Shown here piece after piece: positions 41,109-50,590 of a stretch of 61,614 bases of DNA (positions are counted from its first letter, which is position 1; each line of letters starts with the position of its first letter). The notes under the pieces were generated by a model. It ran no database searches. It was not told the DNA's origin and saw nothing but the letters and a program-made list of their open reading frames with translations. Origin of the DNA: Bacillota bacterium (GTDB taxonomy: Bacteria; Bacillota; Clostridia; Christensenellales; UBA1431); assembly GCA_049324235.1 (NCBI GenBank), contig JBMOLJ010000070.1, positions 1 to 61,614 of the forward strand, written 5' to 3'. Both the position numbers and the translations under genes were made by a program.

Positions 41109-44100
41109 ATGAAACGCACTGCCGTTTTTCTCTTGCTCATCTGCCTGCTGCTTAATCTTACGCTTTGCGGGTGTTCCCAGTCAGGTTCCACGGAGGGGAC
41201 CGCGACCCCCGTGGCAATAGACAAGACCCCCATCGATTTTTCGTTGTCGTCGGCCGATCTTGACTGCGGCAACACCAGCAGCATGAGCAGGAGCTATGTG
41301 TTGGCGGGTTATAAGATGACCCTTCAGGCAAAAGTCCATAAGAATACTTCGGGAACGGCCGGGGGCGGAACGGTAAAGTTTTTGCTGGACGGGCAGCAGG
41401 TCGACAGCGTCCCATTTTATATGGACGCCGGAGAAAATTCGGAAATAGTGAAGGCATTTTACGTACTGCCGTTGGACAAATACTTTAGCCTCGCAAAAGA
41501 CCAGCAGGTTCCCCTCAGGTTCGAAGCGCGGGTGGAACCGGACGCCATACATGAGGATACGGACGCAACTAACAACAGCGCGCAGATTGATACGGCTGTC
41601 AAGGGGAAAGAACATGCCCGAAGCATGGCTTATTCCGATGCAAGTATCGTGGCGCTTGAAGTATCCAGCGATGCGGGCAGCAATGTCGCCAAGCCGGGAG
41701 ACGCGCTTCGGCTCAAAGCTCGCATCAAGGGCAACGGGGGATATGCGCGCATTCGCTATTTTGTTAACGGAAGCCTGATCGCGGATGAGAGATGCAGTGT
41801 TCCCAAGTCCGGAGCCGAGACGCTGAAATCTATATATTATTATGTCCCCTGGGACAGCATGGGCGAACTCGACTGCCGCGCCGTGCTGGGAAACGGGGAG
41901 GAAGCAGGTGTTACCATACCGGTTGAGCGCTATGACTACGAGGTCCACAATCAGGACATAGCCTGGGAGTACAGTTCCGTCGGTAGAATCTTTCCAGGGG
42001 ACAGCGTATCGATCCGGTGCCGTATTCATAGAAACAGCCGTATTTCTTTTGCCCACACATCAGATACCCTGCGGGTCGTATTCATCGTTAACGGCACACC
42101 GTCCGAGCCTGTCAAAGTGGATCCGCCCTCGGGCACCGCACCGTATATGGGGGATGCGTATTACGCATACAAAGTGCCGGAAGGCCAGAACGGACCGCTG
42201 GATGTCAAGGTGATCGTGGATGCCCTGGGGTTTTTCAACGAGTCGGACGAAGGCAACAACCTTGCCTCGGCGACGATCCCCCCGGAACCGCAAGGCGGAA
42301 CCGGGCTTAGCCTTTCCATTGCCGGCACGGACCTGTGGGTTTCTCCTGCCACCATCGTACCAGGGGAAAAAGTGGAACTTATGGCAGCCGTGCATAACAA
42401 CGCGGCCGGAAATTCACCTGTATCCGCAAAGAGGGTTTTCACCGTGAACGGGCAGCAGCTTGACCCGATGAATACAAACCTCGGAACCATCAAGGGAGGC
42501 CAATACAAGGTCACATATGAGATGTGGACGGTGCCCGAGGGCCTGACTTCCGACCCGGTATTCACGGTCACCATCGATCCCGAACATAAACTCGCGGGGG
42601 AAGATCCGGGTGATAACCAGGCGACGCTCACGCTCAAGCTTGCCCGCCCTGACCTTGCGGCAGGGGAGTTGGCAGGAACCGGTGCGGATACAGCGTATAT
42701 CTGTTCCGGACGTCAAGCGAAGCTGACGGCTTCCGTTTGCAACCGCGGGCCTGTGGCCGCTTCGGGAGTAAAGGTGAATTTTATTGTAGACGGGAACGTG
42801 GTTGGGAGCAATACGGTGGATGTGCCCGCTTACGCCACGGTTCGGACCAGCATCCTGTATGATGTGCCGGCGATGAAATTTAATACGGCGGCAGGTGCGG
42901 ACATAACCGGCGTAAGCGGTTACGTGCGGCCCAAAGCGGGAGAAGGCAAAATAGATTTCAGCATCGGGATTGACCCGGACAACCAAATACAGGAAAGCGA
43001 CGAGAACAACAACACCAAAGGTCCGGTACCGCTGAGCGTGACTATACCTTCCCAGGTCGGAAGGGTGTATGTACAGGTGCAGGATTCAAACTTCAATGAT
43101 GTTGGAGGCGCCACCGTAAACATCACCGCGGGAGCGAAGCAGTGCAGCGCGGTGACCGACAGTCATGGTTGCTGTACCTTCAATAACGTGCCTTTCGGCG
43201 CATATGAAGCCGCGGTAAACAAAGCGGGCTACAATGAAGGAAAGTCCTACGGGGAGAATCTGTACGAAGGAAACTATGAAGACTATACTTATGTTTATCT
43301 TGACAATAAAGCGAAGATCACAGGCCGGATCACCAAACCGGACGGAACACCGCTGGAAGGGGTCAGTGTACAGGCCAAAGGCGAAAATTATAAGACCGCA
43401 ACCGACAGTAGCGGGAATTATACACTATCGCTCCCCGCAGGGCAGTATACGATTCAATACCGGAAAACGGGATATGAAAAAGCAGACGCGGACATAAACC
43501 CGACGGCGGCTTCTTCGCTGGCAAAGAACATCACGATGAGTACGACCAATCTCGCATACGTTTACGGCTGCGTCTACGACAGGAACGGCAAACCCATGCC
43601 GGGGATGAGGGTTGATGCCGTCAACGTAAACAAAACGGTGCTGGTCACGACCACAACCGGGGCCGACGGATGCTACAGACTGAATATACCTCTGACCACC
43701 GCATCGATGGATGCGGGGATACAGGTGGAAGGGCAGGGCCTGTACGCGCTTCAGGGAGTATTCCTGGATCAGGGGCTGGAAGACAGGTGCGATATTTCCT
43801 TCGTGCCTGCCTCGGATTCCGGCGGTGAAGGGATGTCGAGCATACAAGCAAAGGTTTCCCCCTGGGTCGAATGCGCGTCTATGCCCGGGACTTTCTTCAA
43901 TCCGGATTATGAAGTACGGGCGATCTACGGCATGTTCAAGCTGGACACATACGTATTGGTTCAGGACTCGAGCATCACGCATCTTGAAATCAATACCGAC
44001 CCCGATTACTGGCTCTATAGCAGCGTATCCAGCAGTTGGAGTCCCACCGACGTGCTGGAGGTGGATGAGATCACGGAAGCGGCCATAGATGTCGCCTCGT

Positions 44101-44462
44101 TCGTGCTGCCTCTGGATATTCCTATATCGGTGGGCCAGCACAGCGCCAACCACACCAAAGTGCGGATCAAGAAAATTGCCATAATGTCCGACGGCGCCGA
44201 AGTGGGTGTGGTATATCCGAACGCGGTGGGAAACTATGCGTATTCTCCCGATACGTCTGTAAATTGGAGTAATTGCCGGATCAAGTATTACATAAAGGTC
44301 GATCCGGATAACGGCGTGGTCAATCCGGCGGCAGGGTATGGCAAAGACAGAGTGCTTGTAGAGTGGGACCCCAAGGAAAAGAAATTCACAAAGATTGGAA
44401 GCTATGTGGTTACCGGCTGGGATGAAGCACACATGCGGGAAACTTACATGGATGAGGAGTGA
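41109..44462 (+). CDS. Large surface lipoprotein with CARDB-like and carboxypeptidase-regulatory-like Ig domains
   Basis: Lipobox LCGC; four D..E.D..NN-type motifs; three repeats such as ITG.I...DG.PLEGV.V and TD..G.Y.L. Confidence 0.85.
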   Translation: MKRTAVFLLLICLLLNLTLCGCSQSGSTEGTATPVAIDKTPIDFSLSSADLDCGNTSSMSRSYVLAGYKMTLQAKVHKNTSGTAGGGTVKFLLDGQQVDSVPFYMDAGENSEIVKAFYVLPLDKYFSLAKDQQVPLRFEARVEPDAIHEDTDATNNSAQIDTAVKGKEHARSMAYSDASIVALEVSSDAGSNVAKPGDALRLKARIKGNGGYARIRYFVNGSLIADERCSVPKSGAETLKSIYYYVPWDSMGELDCRAVLGNGEEAGVTIPVERYDYEVHNQDIAWEYSSVGRIFPGDSVSIRCRIHRNSRISFAHTSDTLRVVFIVNGTPSEPVKVDPPSGTAPYMGDAYYAYKVPEGQNGPLDVKVIVDALGFFNESDEGNNLASATIPPEPQGGTGLSLSIAGTDLWVSPATIVPGEKVELMAAVHNNAAGNSPVSAKRVFTVNGQQLDPMNTNLGTIKGGQYKVTYEMWTVPEGLTSDPVFTVTIDPEHKLAGEDPGDNQATLTLKLARPDLAAGELAGTGADTAYICSGRQAKLTASVCNRGPVAASGVKVNFIVDGNVVGSNTVDVPAYATVRTSILYDVPAMKFNTAAGADITGVSGYVRPKAGEGKIDFSIGIDPDNQIQESDENNNTKGPVPLSVTIPSQVGRVYVQVQDSNFNDVGGATVNITAGAKQCSAVTDSHGCCTFNNVPFGAYEAAVNKAGYNEGKSYGENLYEGNYEDYTYVYLDNKAKITGRITKPDGTPLEGVSVQAKGENYKTATDSSGNYTLSLPAGQYTIQYRKTGYEKADADINPTAASSLAKNITMSTTNLAYVYGCVYDRNGKPMPGMRVDAVNVNKTVLVTTTTGADGCYRLNIPLTTASMDAGIQVEGQGLYALQGVFLDQGLEDRCDISFVPASDSGGEGMSSIQAKVSPWVECASMPGTFFNPDYEVRAIYGMFKLDTYVLVQDSSITHLEINTDPDYWLYSSVSSSWSPTDVLEVDEITEAAIDVASFVLPLDIPISVGQHSANHTKVRIKKIAIMSDGAEVGVVYPNAVGNYAYSPDTSVNWSNCRIKYYIKVDPDNGVVNPAAGYGKDRVLVEWDPKEKKFTKIGSYVVTGWDEAHMRETYMDEE

Positions 44463-44512
44463 GAGGAAAGGACAGTTTTCGGACTAATAGGACGGGATTT
44501 GAACCTGGCTGA

Positions 44513-44714
44513 ATGTTTGGCGAAAGCATCGCATTGAAATGGAGCGATATTGATTTCAAGAATAATACCATATGTGTCAACAAGGCGGCTAAAGCTACCC
44601 CTAAGATAAATGAAAAAGGTGAAATATCAGGCAGGACCATGGAGGTTAGCGGAACGAAGACCGCATGCTCGGTCAGGGCTTCCCATGCCGACGGTTGTAA
44701 GGGATACGCTCAAG
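44513..44714 (+). pseudogene. Tyrosine integrase internal fragment
   Basis: GESIALKWSDIDF...TKT..S.R; frameshifted and fused to a capsid gene fragment. Confidence 0.75.
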
Positions 44715-45359
44715 GGCGCGAATTGCGCGCATGATTTCTGGCCATTTATCGAAGGGTTGTCAGAACGAACGTATTTCCCTGTTGATGATGAGGAAAATGC
44801 ACGCGTTTATGAGCAGAGTCAGCAACAGCGGAAGCTGGAGCGCGAAATACGCGAGCAGAAACGCCGTGCGGCAGCCTTTGAAGCCGCCGGGGACAAAGAG
44901 GGTTTGTTGGCGGCGCAGCTGAAGTTGAAAGATAAAGAGGCGCAGCTCAAAGACTTCCTCGGCAGGACTGGGCGGGTACGGCTCCGCGAACGCGAGCAGG
45001 TGCTGGGCTTCGGGCACAGTCAGGCGAGCAAGGCGGTGTGGGCGAAACGTAAGGCGTCTTTGCCTAAAAAGTTTAGAACTGACGATACGGTATTACAAGC
45101 AACGTTAGGGGATCCGCGTATAAAAGGAATTTTACCGCGAGGAGCCGACATAACAAATGCACGGGTTATTGCTGGGGCCGGAACATCAACTGTTTTACGA
45201 GCGGCACCATCCTTAGCGAAAACATACGGAGGAAGTGCATTGCAATGGCAGAAAAAGGTTGGTACAATTAGTACCAAGAATTTTGACTATGAGATTCATT
45301 GGGAAGAATACGCCGGAAAGCAATACCGTCCCAAATTGGTTAGGGTGAAAGCTAAATGA
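44715..45359 (+). pseudogene. Phage minor capsid (MuF-like) C-terminal part with an extra C-terminal domain
   Basis: GANCAH.F.PF.EG, QR.LER.IR..KR, R...REQV, then ~100 aa extension; N-terminus missing. Confidence 0.75.
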
Positions 45360-45637
45360 AAGTAAAATATATTGGTGACTCCTTTATTGTAGGATTAACG
45401 AATGGTAAAACATATGAGTGCTTAGGGGTAGAAGATGGCGGCATATTTGGCCCCATGCTTCGAATTATTGATGACGATGAAGATAACTGGAACTATGATA
45501 ATTCGCTTGATTGGAAACCAGGGTATCTTTATTCGCCGTTGAATCCCGCCCCTCTCGACGGAAGCTCGTCAGGAGGGCGATGGGAGATTGTAGAGGATGA
45601 TGCCGTCGGGACTTTGGCAAGTATAATACCGAGCTAA
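45356..45637 (+). CDS. Small acidic protein, candidate immunity protein
   Basis: ATGA overlap with the upstream gene; D/E-rich; AT-richer than flanks. Confidence 0.7.
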   Translation: MKVKYIGDSFIVGLTNGKTYECLGVEDGGIFGPMLRIIDDDEDNWNYDNSLDWKPGYLYSPLNPAPLDGSSSGGRWEIVEDDAVGTLASIIPS

Positions 45638-45799
45638 ACCACCTCCCCTTGAGGTGGTTTTTCCATACCCAAAATCATTCAGCACCCGCAAGGGTGCTTT
45701 TTTGATACCATTACGCCCATCCCCTGCCCGGCGAAAAACAGGCGGGGCCGCGCGTGGACGCGACCCACGTAAAAAAGCGTAGCGGGAGAAGGAGAACGC

Positions 45800-46327
45800 A
45801 TGAAACGGGAATTTTTGGAAGGCCTCAAGCTTGAGAAGGACGTTATAGACCAGATCATGGCGGAGCACGGCCGGGACATCACCAGGCTGACGGCAGAGCG
45901 CGACCAGTATAAAGAGCAGCTCGGCGCTGCACAGGCCGCCCTGAAGAACTTTGAGGGCGTGGATGTTGCCGAACTCAAAGGCCAGATCAGTAAACTTACA
46001 AATGACCTGTCAACAAAGGATACGGAGTTCCAGCAGAAACTTGCGGACATGCAGTTTTCTGCGAATCTCGAAAAGGCCGTGGCCGGGGCAAGAGCAAAAA
46101 ACGCGAAGGCCGTTATGGCACTGCTCGACCTGGACGCGCTTAAAGCCAGCAAGAACCAGGATGCGGACATTGCCGCCGCGCTGGCAGCTGTCAAGAAGGA
46201 GGCGGGCTATCTGTTTGAAGCGCCCGCACGTGTCGTAGCGCCTACTCCGGGCGCGACGCAGAACCCAGACGACTTAAAAAACAGAGCGAACGAAGCTTTC
46301 AGGAGCTTGTTCGGGAAAGGTGAGTAA
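45800..46327 (+). CDS. Phage scaffolding protein (GP20-like)
   Basis: MKREFLEGL.LEKD.ID.IM.EHG, coiled coil, AKN.KAV.ALLD, YLFE. Confidence 0.88.
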   Translation: MKREFLEGLKLEKDVIDQIMAEHGRDITRLTAERDQYKEQLGAAQAALKNFEGVDVAELKGQISKLTNDLSTKDTEFQQKLADMQFSANLEKAVAGARAKNAKAVMALLDLDALKASKNQDADIAAALAAVKKEAGYLFEAPARVVAPTPGATQNPDDLKNRANEAFRSLFGKGE

Positions 46328-46330
46328 AGA

Positions 46331-46395
46331 ATGATTTCAAGGAAACAGGCGGAAGCTATTATCCGCGAACAGATCGTACAGACAGTATTTCCGCG
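46331..46395 (+). pseudogene. Probable start of the major capsid gene, truncated
   Basis: MISRKQAEAIIREQIVQTVF directly after scaffold gene, ending at an IS end. Confidence 0.5.
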
Positions 46396-46400
46396 CCCAA

Positions 46401-46545
46401 GGAAACTGCTGAAAAAATTGTGTAAACCTCCGTTGTCAGGTAAGATAAGAACAATGGAGGTTATTCGTTATGGCAAAGAAAGAAAAGAGTCTCATGCGGC
46501 AGTTAATTGAAGAACGCGGGATCAAGGATATCGCTGGCGTTGGAC
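46401..46545 (+). mobile_element. IS256-like left end with transposase N-terminus
   Basis: Terminus GGAAACTGCTGAAAAAATTGTGTAA, RBS GGAGG, MAKKEKSLMRQLIEERGIKD. Confidence 0.6.
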
Positions 46546-46552
46546 GAAGAAC

Positions 46553-47520
46553 TAAGGCAACACCGCACAGAAGCCAAGCGAGGGAAAAAGTGGTAAAACA
46601 TGAATATGAATAAGCAAATAACGCTGTCCGCAGTGAGCGACGAGCTGGCTCAGGTCAAGACGAAGAAGAAAGAATTTCTGGAGCAGATTGAGCGAATCAT
46701 TCCATGGGGCGAATGGATAAACATGATAAAACCGTACTATTACAAGGAGAGCGCGGGAATAAGCCCTATGAACTGGAAAAGATGCTGCGGCTGCATGTGT
46801 TACAGAACCTATATAATCTGTCCGACGATGCGACGGCGGTGGAAGTGGTAGACAGCCGTGCCTTCTCTGAATTTTGCGGAGTGGATTCGAACAATCAGGC
46901 GCCGGACGGAGACACGATCGGGCGTTTTCGCAATATACTGGTTCGAAACAGGCTACAGGAAAAGCTGTTCGCGTAGGTGGTAGACATGCTGCAGCAAAGG
47001 GGCCTGCTTGCTCAGGAAAGGAACTATCGTTGATTCCACACGCATAGAGGCTCCTTCCTCCACGAAGAACCGTGAAAAGCAACGGGATCCGGATGCGCAT
47101 CAGGTGAAGACCGGTCTGACACACCATCTGGAAGTGACCAGTGCGAATGTCCATGATGTGACGGTAGTCCCTAAGCTGCTTACCGGTGAAGAAACGGGAG
47201 TTTACGGCGACAGTGGCTATCTGGGCGCGGAAAAGCGCGAGGATGCCATCACGCATAATGTTCAGGGCAAAGGTAGAGCATGTTTTCGGAGTCGTCAAGG
47301 GGCTGTTTCGTTACCGAAAAACGCGATATCGGGGACTGCGAAAGCAGACAGCCAAAATAAATATGCTTTTCGCGCTTGCGAATCTCTATCTTGCTGACAG
47401 GCGGTACCTATCGGCTTGGTTGGGATTTCCCCGCGGCGAAGTTTTCAACAGAGCGCCAGGCTTTTAGGGGAATCTATTGCGTCCGGAGTGTTGTCTGGTG
47501 AATTGTGCGGCGTTGCCTTA
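46553..47520 (+). mobile_element. Degenerate IS5-family element
   Basis: Inverted ends TAAGGCAACACCGCACA / TGTGCGGCGTTGCCTTA (1 mismatch); fragments GTIVDST, YGDSGY, RAKVEH.F; frameshifts and stops. Confidence 0.88.
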
Positions 47521-47900
47521 AAACATACGCCTCGCCTAGGCGCGGGAAAGAAAACGAATGGTTGTTCCACGGCGCAGACGGAGAACCATTATGCCAGAGC
47601 ACGTTAAAACGCATGTGGCTGCGGCTGATGGTACATGCCGGACTGGTGGAAAAAAGGCCGAATGAACAGAAAAGGAAACGAAAGGAACTGACGCATAAAT
47701 ATATTCCTACAATAACGCCGCATTACCTGCGGCATAACTATATTGGATGCTGTATGAAGCCGGTATCGACGCGGCAAAGGCTATGCGTATTGTTGGACAT
47801 TCCGACTACCAGACCACGGTCAACACATCAAAAAGGAACGCTTACAAGAAACAGGTGCAAGGCTGGACGGCGGTTCTCCGAATTAAAAGTTGCCAGAAAG
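47521..47900 (+). pseudogene. Tyrosine integrase C-terminal fragment
   Basis: TPHYLRHNY and GHSDYQTT motifs split by a frameshift; ends next to the att site. Confidence 0.82.
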
Positions 47901-47980
47901 TTGCCGGAACGCCAAAACTTCCCTGGTTAGGCTGAAATAAGAAAACCCTCTCAAACGCTTTGTTTAAGAGGGTTTCAACG

Positions 47981-48026
47981 TGGTCTGGGTGAGAGGATTT
48001 GAACCTCCGGCCTCTTGAACCCCATT
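47981..48026 (-). repeat. att site: 3' half of tRNA-Pro(GGG), copy 1
   Basis: Minus strand AATGGGGTTCAAGAGGCCGGAGGTTCAAATCCTCTCACCCAGACCA; identical to 59084-59129; 5' half absent. Confidence 0.92.
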
Positions 48027-48197
48027 AAATTCATGGGAAATACATATGAGAACCAATTAGCATAAAACCGCCTATAATAGACGGTTTTATGGCCAGGGCT
48101 TTTCATTTAATTATATTGTACACGAGCAGTTTTCATTGTGATTCCAGTAAAAATTCCAGTAGTTGCCCTAGTCCGTGTGGTCTAGGTGGCACCGAAT

Positions 48198-48518
48198 TTA
48201 TTGTCTAACATAAACCGTGGTTTGCTTTGGGCTGGACTCGGTTAAAGTGAGCTTGTTTCCCTCGATCTTGTATGTACCGGTTTTTTCAATGCCGTTAACC
48301 GTCAAGGTAATCTTGTCGCCGTCGGCCTTATAGGTTGCCGTTGTTTTAAGCTCGTTTACCACATACATTTTGAGCGTTCCGTCATCCAGAAACTCCATGG
48401 TAGTCCTGCCTGTATCCTCGTCTTTCCATTTTCCGGCTAAGGATGTTGAACTGCCGCATGCGGCCAGCAAAAGGGAGAGACATAATACTAGTATTAGAAT
48501 AGAAATGCTCTTTTTCAT
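48198..48518 (-). CDS. Small lipoprotein (DUF5640-like)
   Basis: Lipobox LAAC; LAGKW, EF..DGT, Y...G.K.TLT repeats. Confidence 0.8.
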   Translation of the reverse strand: MKKSISILILVLCLSLLLAACGSSTSLAGKWKDEDTGRTTMEFLDDGTLKMYVVNELKTTATYKADGDKITLTVNGIEKTGTYKIEGNKLTLTESSPKQTTVYVRQ

Positions 48519-48582
48519 AAATAATCATACCCTTCAATAGTAATTGTCTAGCAAGGTAAGTCACACCAATTTTGAATAGCTT

Positions 48583-49878
48583 TCAATCAATACTGATTTC
48601 CGGATGTTCTTGCAACCATTTTCGATCGGATTCCTGAATATCTTTCATTTTCTGATAAGCAAGAGCATTCGCTTCACTCCTTGATAGGCTCTTATCCTTT
48701 TTCATCAGATCCTCAACTATAATCTTCATTTGCTGGTAATACCCATCACTAAATCCTTCATCATAACCAATAATAATATAACCGTTGTCTGTCTTCTTTA
48801 GAGTAAGAATCAGTTCTTCTCCGACACCTCCGCCTATGTTGGTATACACATAGATATGAAGCTTAACCGAACCGTCTTTCTCCGTGGGTTTATCTAAAAT
48901 CTCAAAGCTTCCCCGTTCAACACAATATAATTGAGTTCCATATGTTTGAGCGGCTTGAATATACAAGTCCATAGTATAAAAGAATAAGTCCGTGTTTTCA
49001 TTTCTCTCAATCAATTTGCTTAAATCGGGAATCATATGCGTCTTTTTCGCAAGGTAGAACTGATACCTGAGTTCTACGGCGACGTTCCCCATCCTTTTTT
49101 CTTCGGGCGTGCAGGTTCTATCGCTTTCTTGGATGTATCTTTCAATTATTAATTTTCCATATAGAAACATGCTATAGCCCATCATTGCATTTTCATCTAA
49201 GGCTGTACCCCTCTCTTTTGCATACTGAACAGCATCATTTGCATAACTGCGAAACGCATCATTGTTTCCTGAGAATGCGGTGATCAGCATGCCGGTTGAC
49301 GTGTTTTCAAGGAGCACATCAATCGTTTCGGTACCAGCATTTTTGCCATCGAGTAACATAGTAAAATTTATTTTTGCAGAAATACGGAAACCTTTTTGCT
49401 CTATCGATTCAATGTTTATTTGAGTGGCAGTAAGGGCTTCGCCGTCATTCAATTCCGCCGCTTTCAATGCTTGGTATTGCAGGTAGTTTGCCATGATAAG
49501 AGTATCATTATTGATTCTGAGGAATTTGTTAAAATCTTCCGAAGCATACAAATCATTGAGCACTGAAGAAACTGTATCCACGACTTCTTCTTTCGTCTGT
49601 TTACTCGGTTCAACTGCGGCGGAAAGCTGATACACCATCTCGTTTATCACAGGAATGTTAGCTGCCAAAGCCGGATTTGCTACGAAATAAATTAAAGCTG
49701 CCAAAATCAATGTAAAGCTCGCCGCAACCGCGATGGATGCTTTTTTTAAATTGCGCCGGGGTTTTGACGGCAATCTTTTAAACGTATCCTTTATTTTATT
49801 TTCATAGCTTTCAGGCATGTTAGGAAATGCATCATTAAGATTATATTCCATTTGGTAATCCTTAACAGAGTAATTCAT
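48583..49878 (-). CDS. Membrane-anchored anti-sigma factor (DUF4179-like)
   Basis: Short N-terminus, one TM, NPALAANIPVI motif, large external domain; overlaps the sigma gene. Confidence 0.8.
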   Translation of the reverse strand: MNYSVKDYQMEYNLNDAFPNMPESYENKIKDTFKRLPSKPRRNLKKASIAVAASFTLILAALIYFVANPALAANIPVINEMVYQLSAAVEPSKQTKEEVVDTVSSVLNDLYASEDFNKFLRINNDTLIMANYLQYQALKAAELNDGEALTATQINIESIEQKGFRISAKINFTMLLDGKNAGTETIDVLLENTSTGMLITAFSGNNDAFRSYANDAVQYAKERGTALDENAMMGYSMFLYGKLIIERYIQESDRTCTPEEKRMGNVAVELRYQFYLAKKTHMIPDLSKLIERNENTDLFFYTMDLYIQAAQTYGTQLYCVERGSFEILDKPTEKDGSVKLHIYVYTNIGGGVGEELILTLKKTDNGYIIIGYDEGFSDGYYQQMKIIVEDLMKKDKSLSRSEANALAYQKMKDIQESDRKWLQEHPEISID

Positions 49879-50365
49879 TATTGATCTCCTCATTTAGTTG
49901 TTCTCTTAGTATTTGCCGTCCTCTGGATAACCGGCTCTTCACCGTACCTTCCGACACTTGCATGATGTATCCGATCTCGTGAATCTTGTAACCATTAACA
50001 TAGAATAGGGTCAGGGTCAATCTAAATTCAGGCTTCAGGGATCGCAGCGCCCTGTTCAATTCAATATCCGGTATTTCCTGTTCCTCAATATTACTCTGTA
50101 CTGTGTCTACAGTTATTAATCTCTTATTTTTCCGGACTATCATGAAGCATTCATTTTTGAGAATCCGAATAATCCACGCCCTGAACATCTCAGGTTTCTT
50201 TAACTGGCAGATTTTTTCATATGCTTTCAGGATGGTTTCCTGTACTGCATCTTCGCAATCAGCTTTGTTTCCTAGTATTGCGTAGGAGACGTGAAACATA
50301 GAATCTCTTATTTCCATGACTGCATCAGAAAAAACATCCTTATTACAATAATTTGTTTTATCCAT
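49862..50365 (-). CDS. ECF RNA polymerase sigma factor
   Basis: D.EDAVQET, F.AW..RI..N, EGTVKSRLSRGR. Confidence 0.93.
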   Translation of the reverse strand: MDKTNYCNKDVFSDAVMEIRDSMFHVSYAILGNKADCEDAVQETILKAYEKICQLKKPEMFRAWIIRILKNECFMIVRKNKRLITVDTVQSNIEEQEIPDIELNRALRSLKPEFRLTLTLFYVNGYKIHEIGYIMQVSEGTVKSRLSRGRQILREQLNEEINNELLC

Positions 50366-50404
50366 TTTTACCTCCTTCCTAAGTTATCTCTTGTCGCTAA
50401 ACAA

Positions 50405-50432
50405 TAGATGAAGAACACGATTAAAAGGTTCC
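50405..50432 (-). promoter_or_regulatory. Putative ECF-type autoregulatory promoter
   Basis: GGAACC-16-CATCTA upstream of the sigma RBS. Confidence 0.5.
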
Positions 50433-50590
50433 CTTGATCAGAATTGTCTGCATTTTCCAATTCCATAAACCCTTTGGAGAGATTTGTTGAAGAAGGAATT
50501 CCCATATCAAGGGGCAACCAGCTTACAGCTACTTGCCCCCAGAATATTTTTCTTTCAATCAAAACCATTGCTGTAAATTGAACCCTCCTA

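Noticed and set aside
44480-44510. Third att copy (GGATTTGAACCT)
   Set aside because: Only 12 bp shared and no CCA end or matching acceptor strand; may be chance or too decayed to call
44610-45359. 249-aa ORF as a single genuine gene
   Set aside because: Chimera of integrase debris and a minor-capsid C-terminus
50368-50568. 66-aa ORF as RHS immunity gene
   Set aside because: No clear RBS; overlaps a hairpin and the putative ECF promoter and RBS
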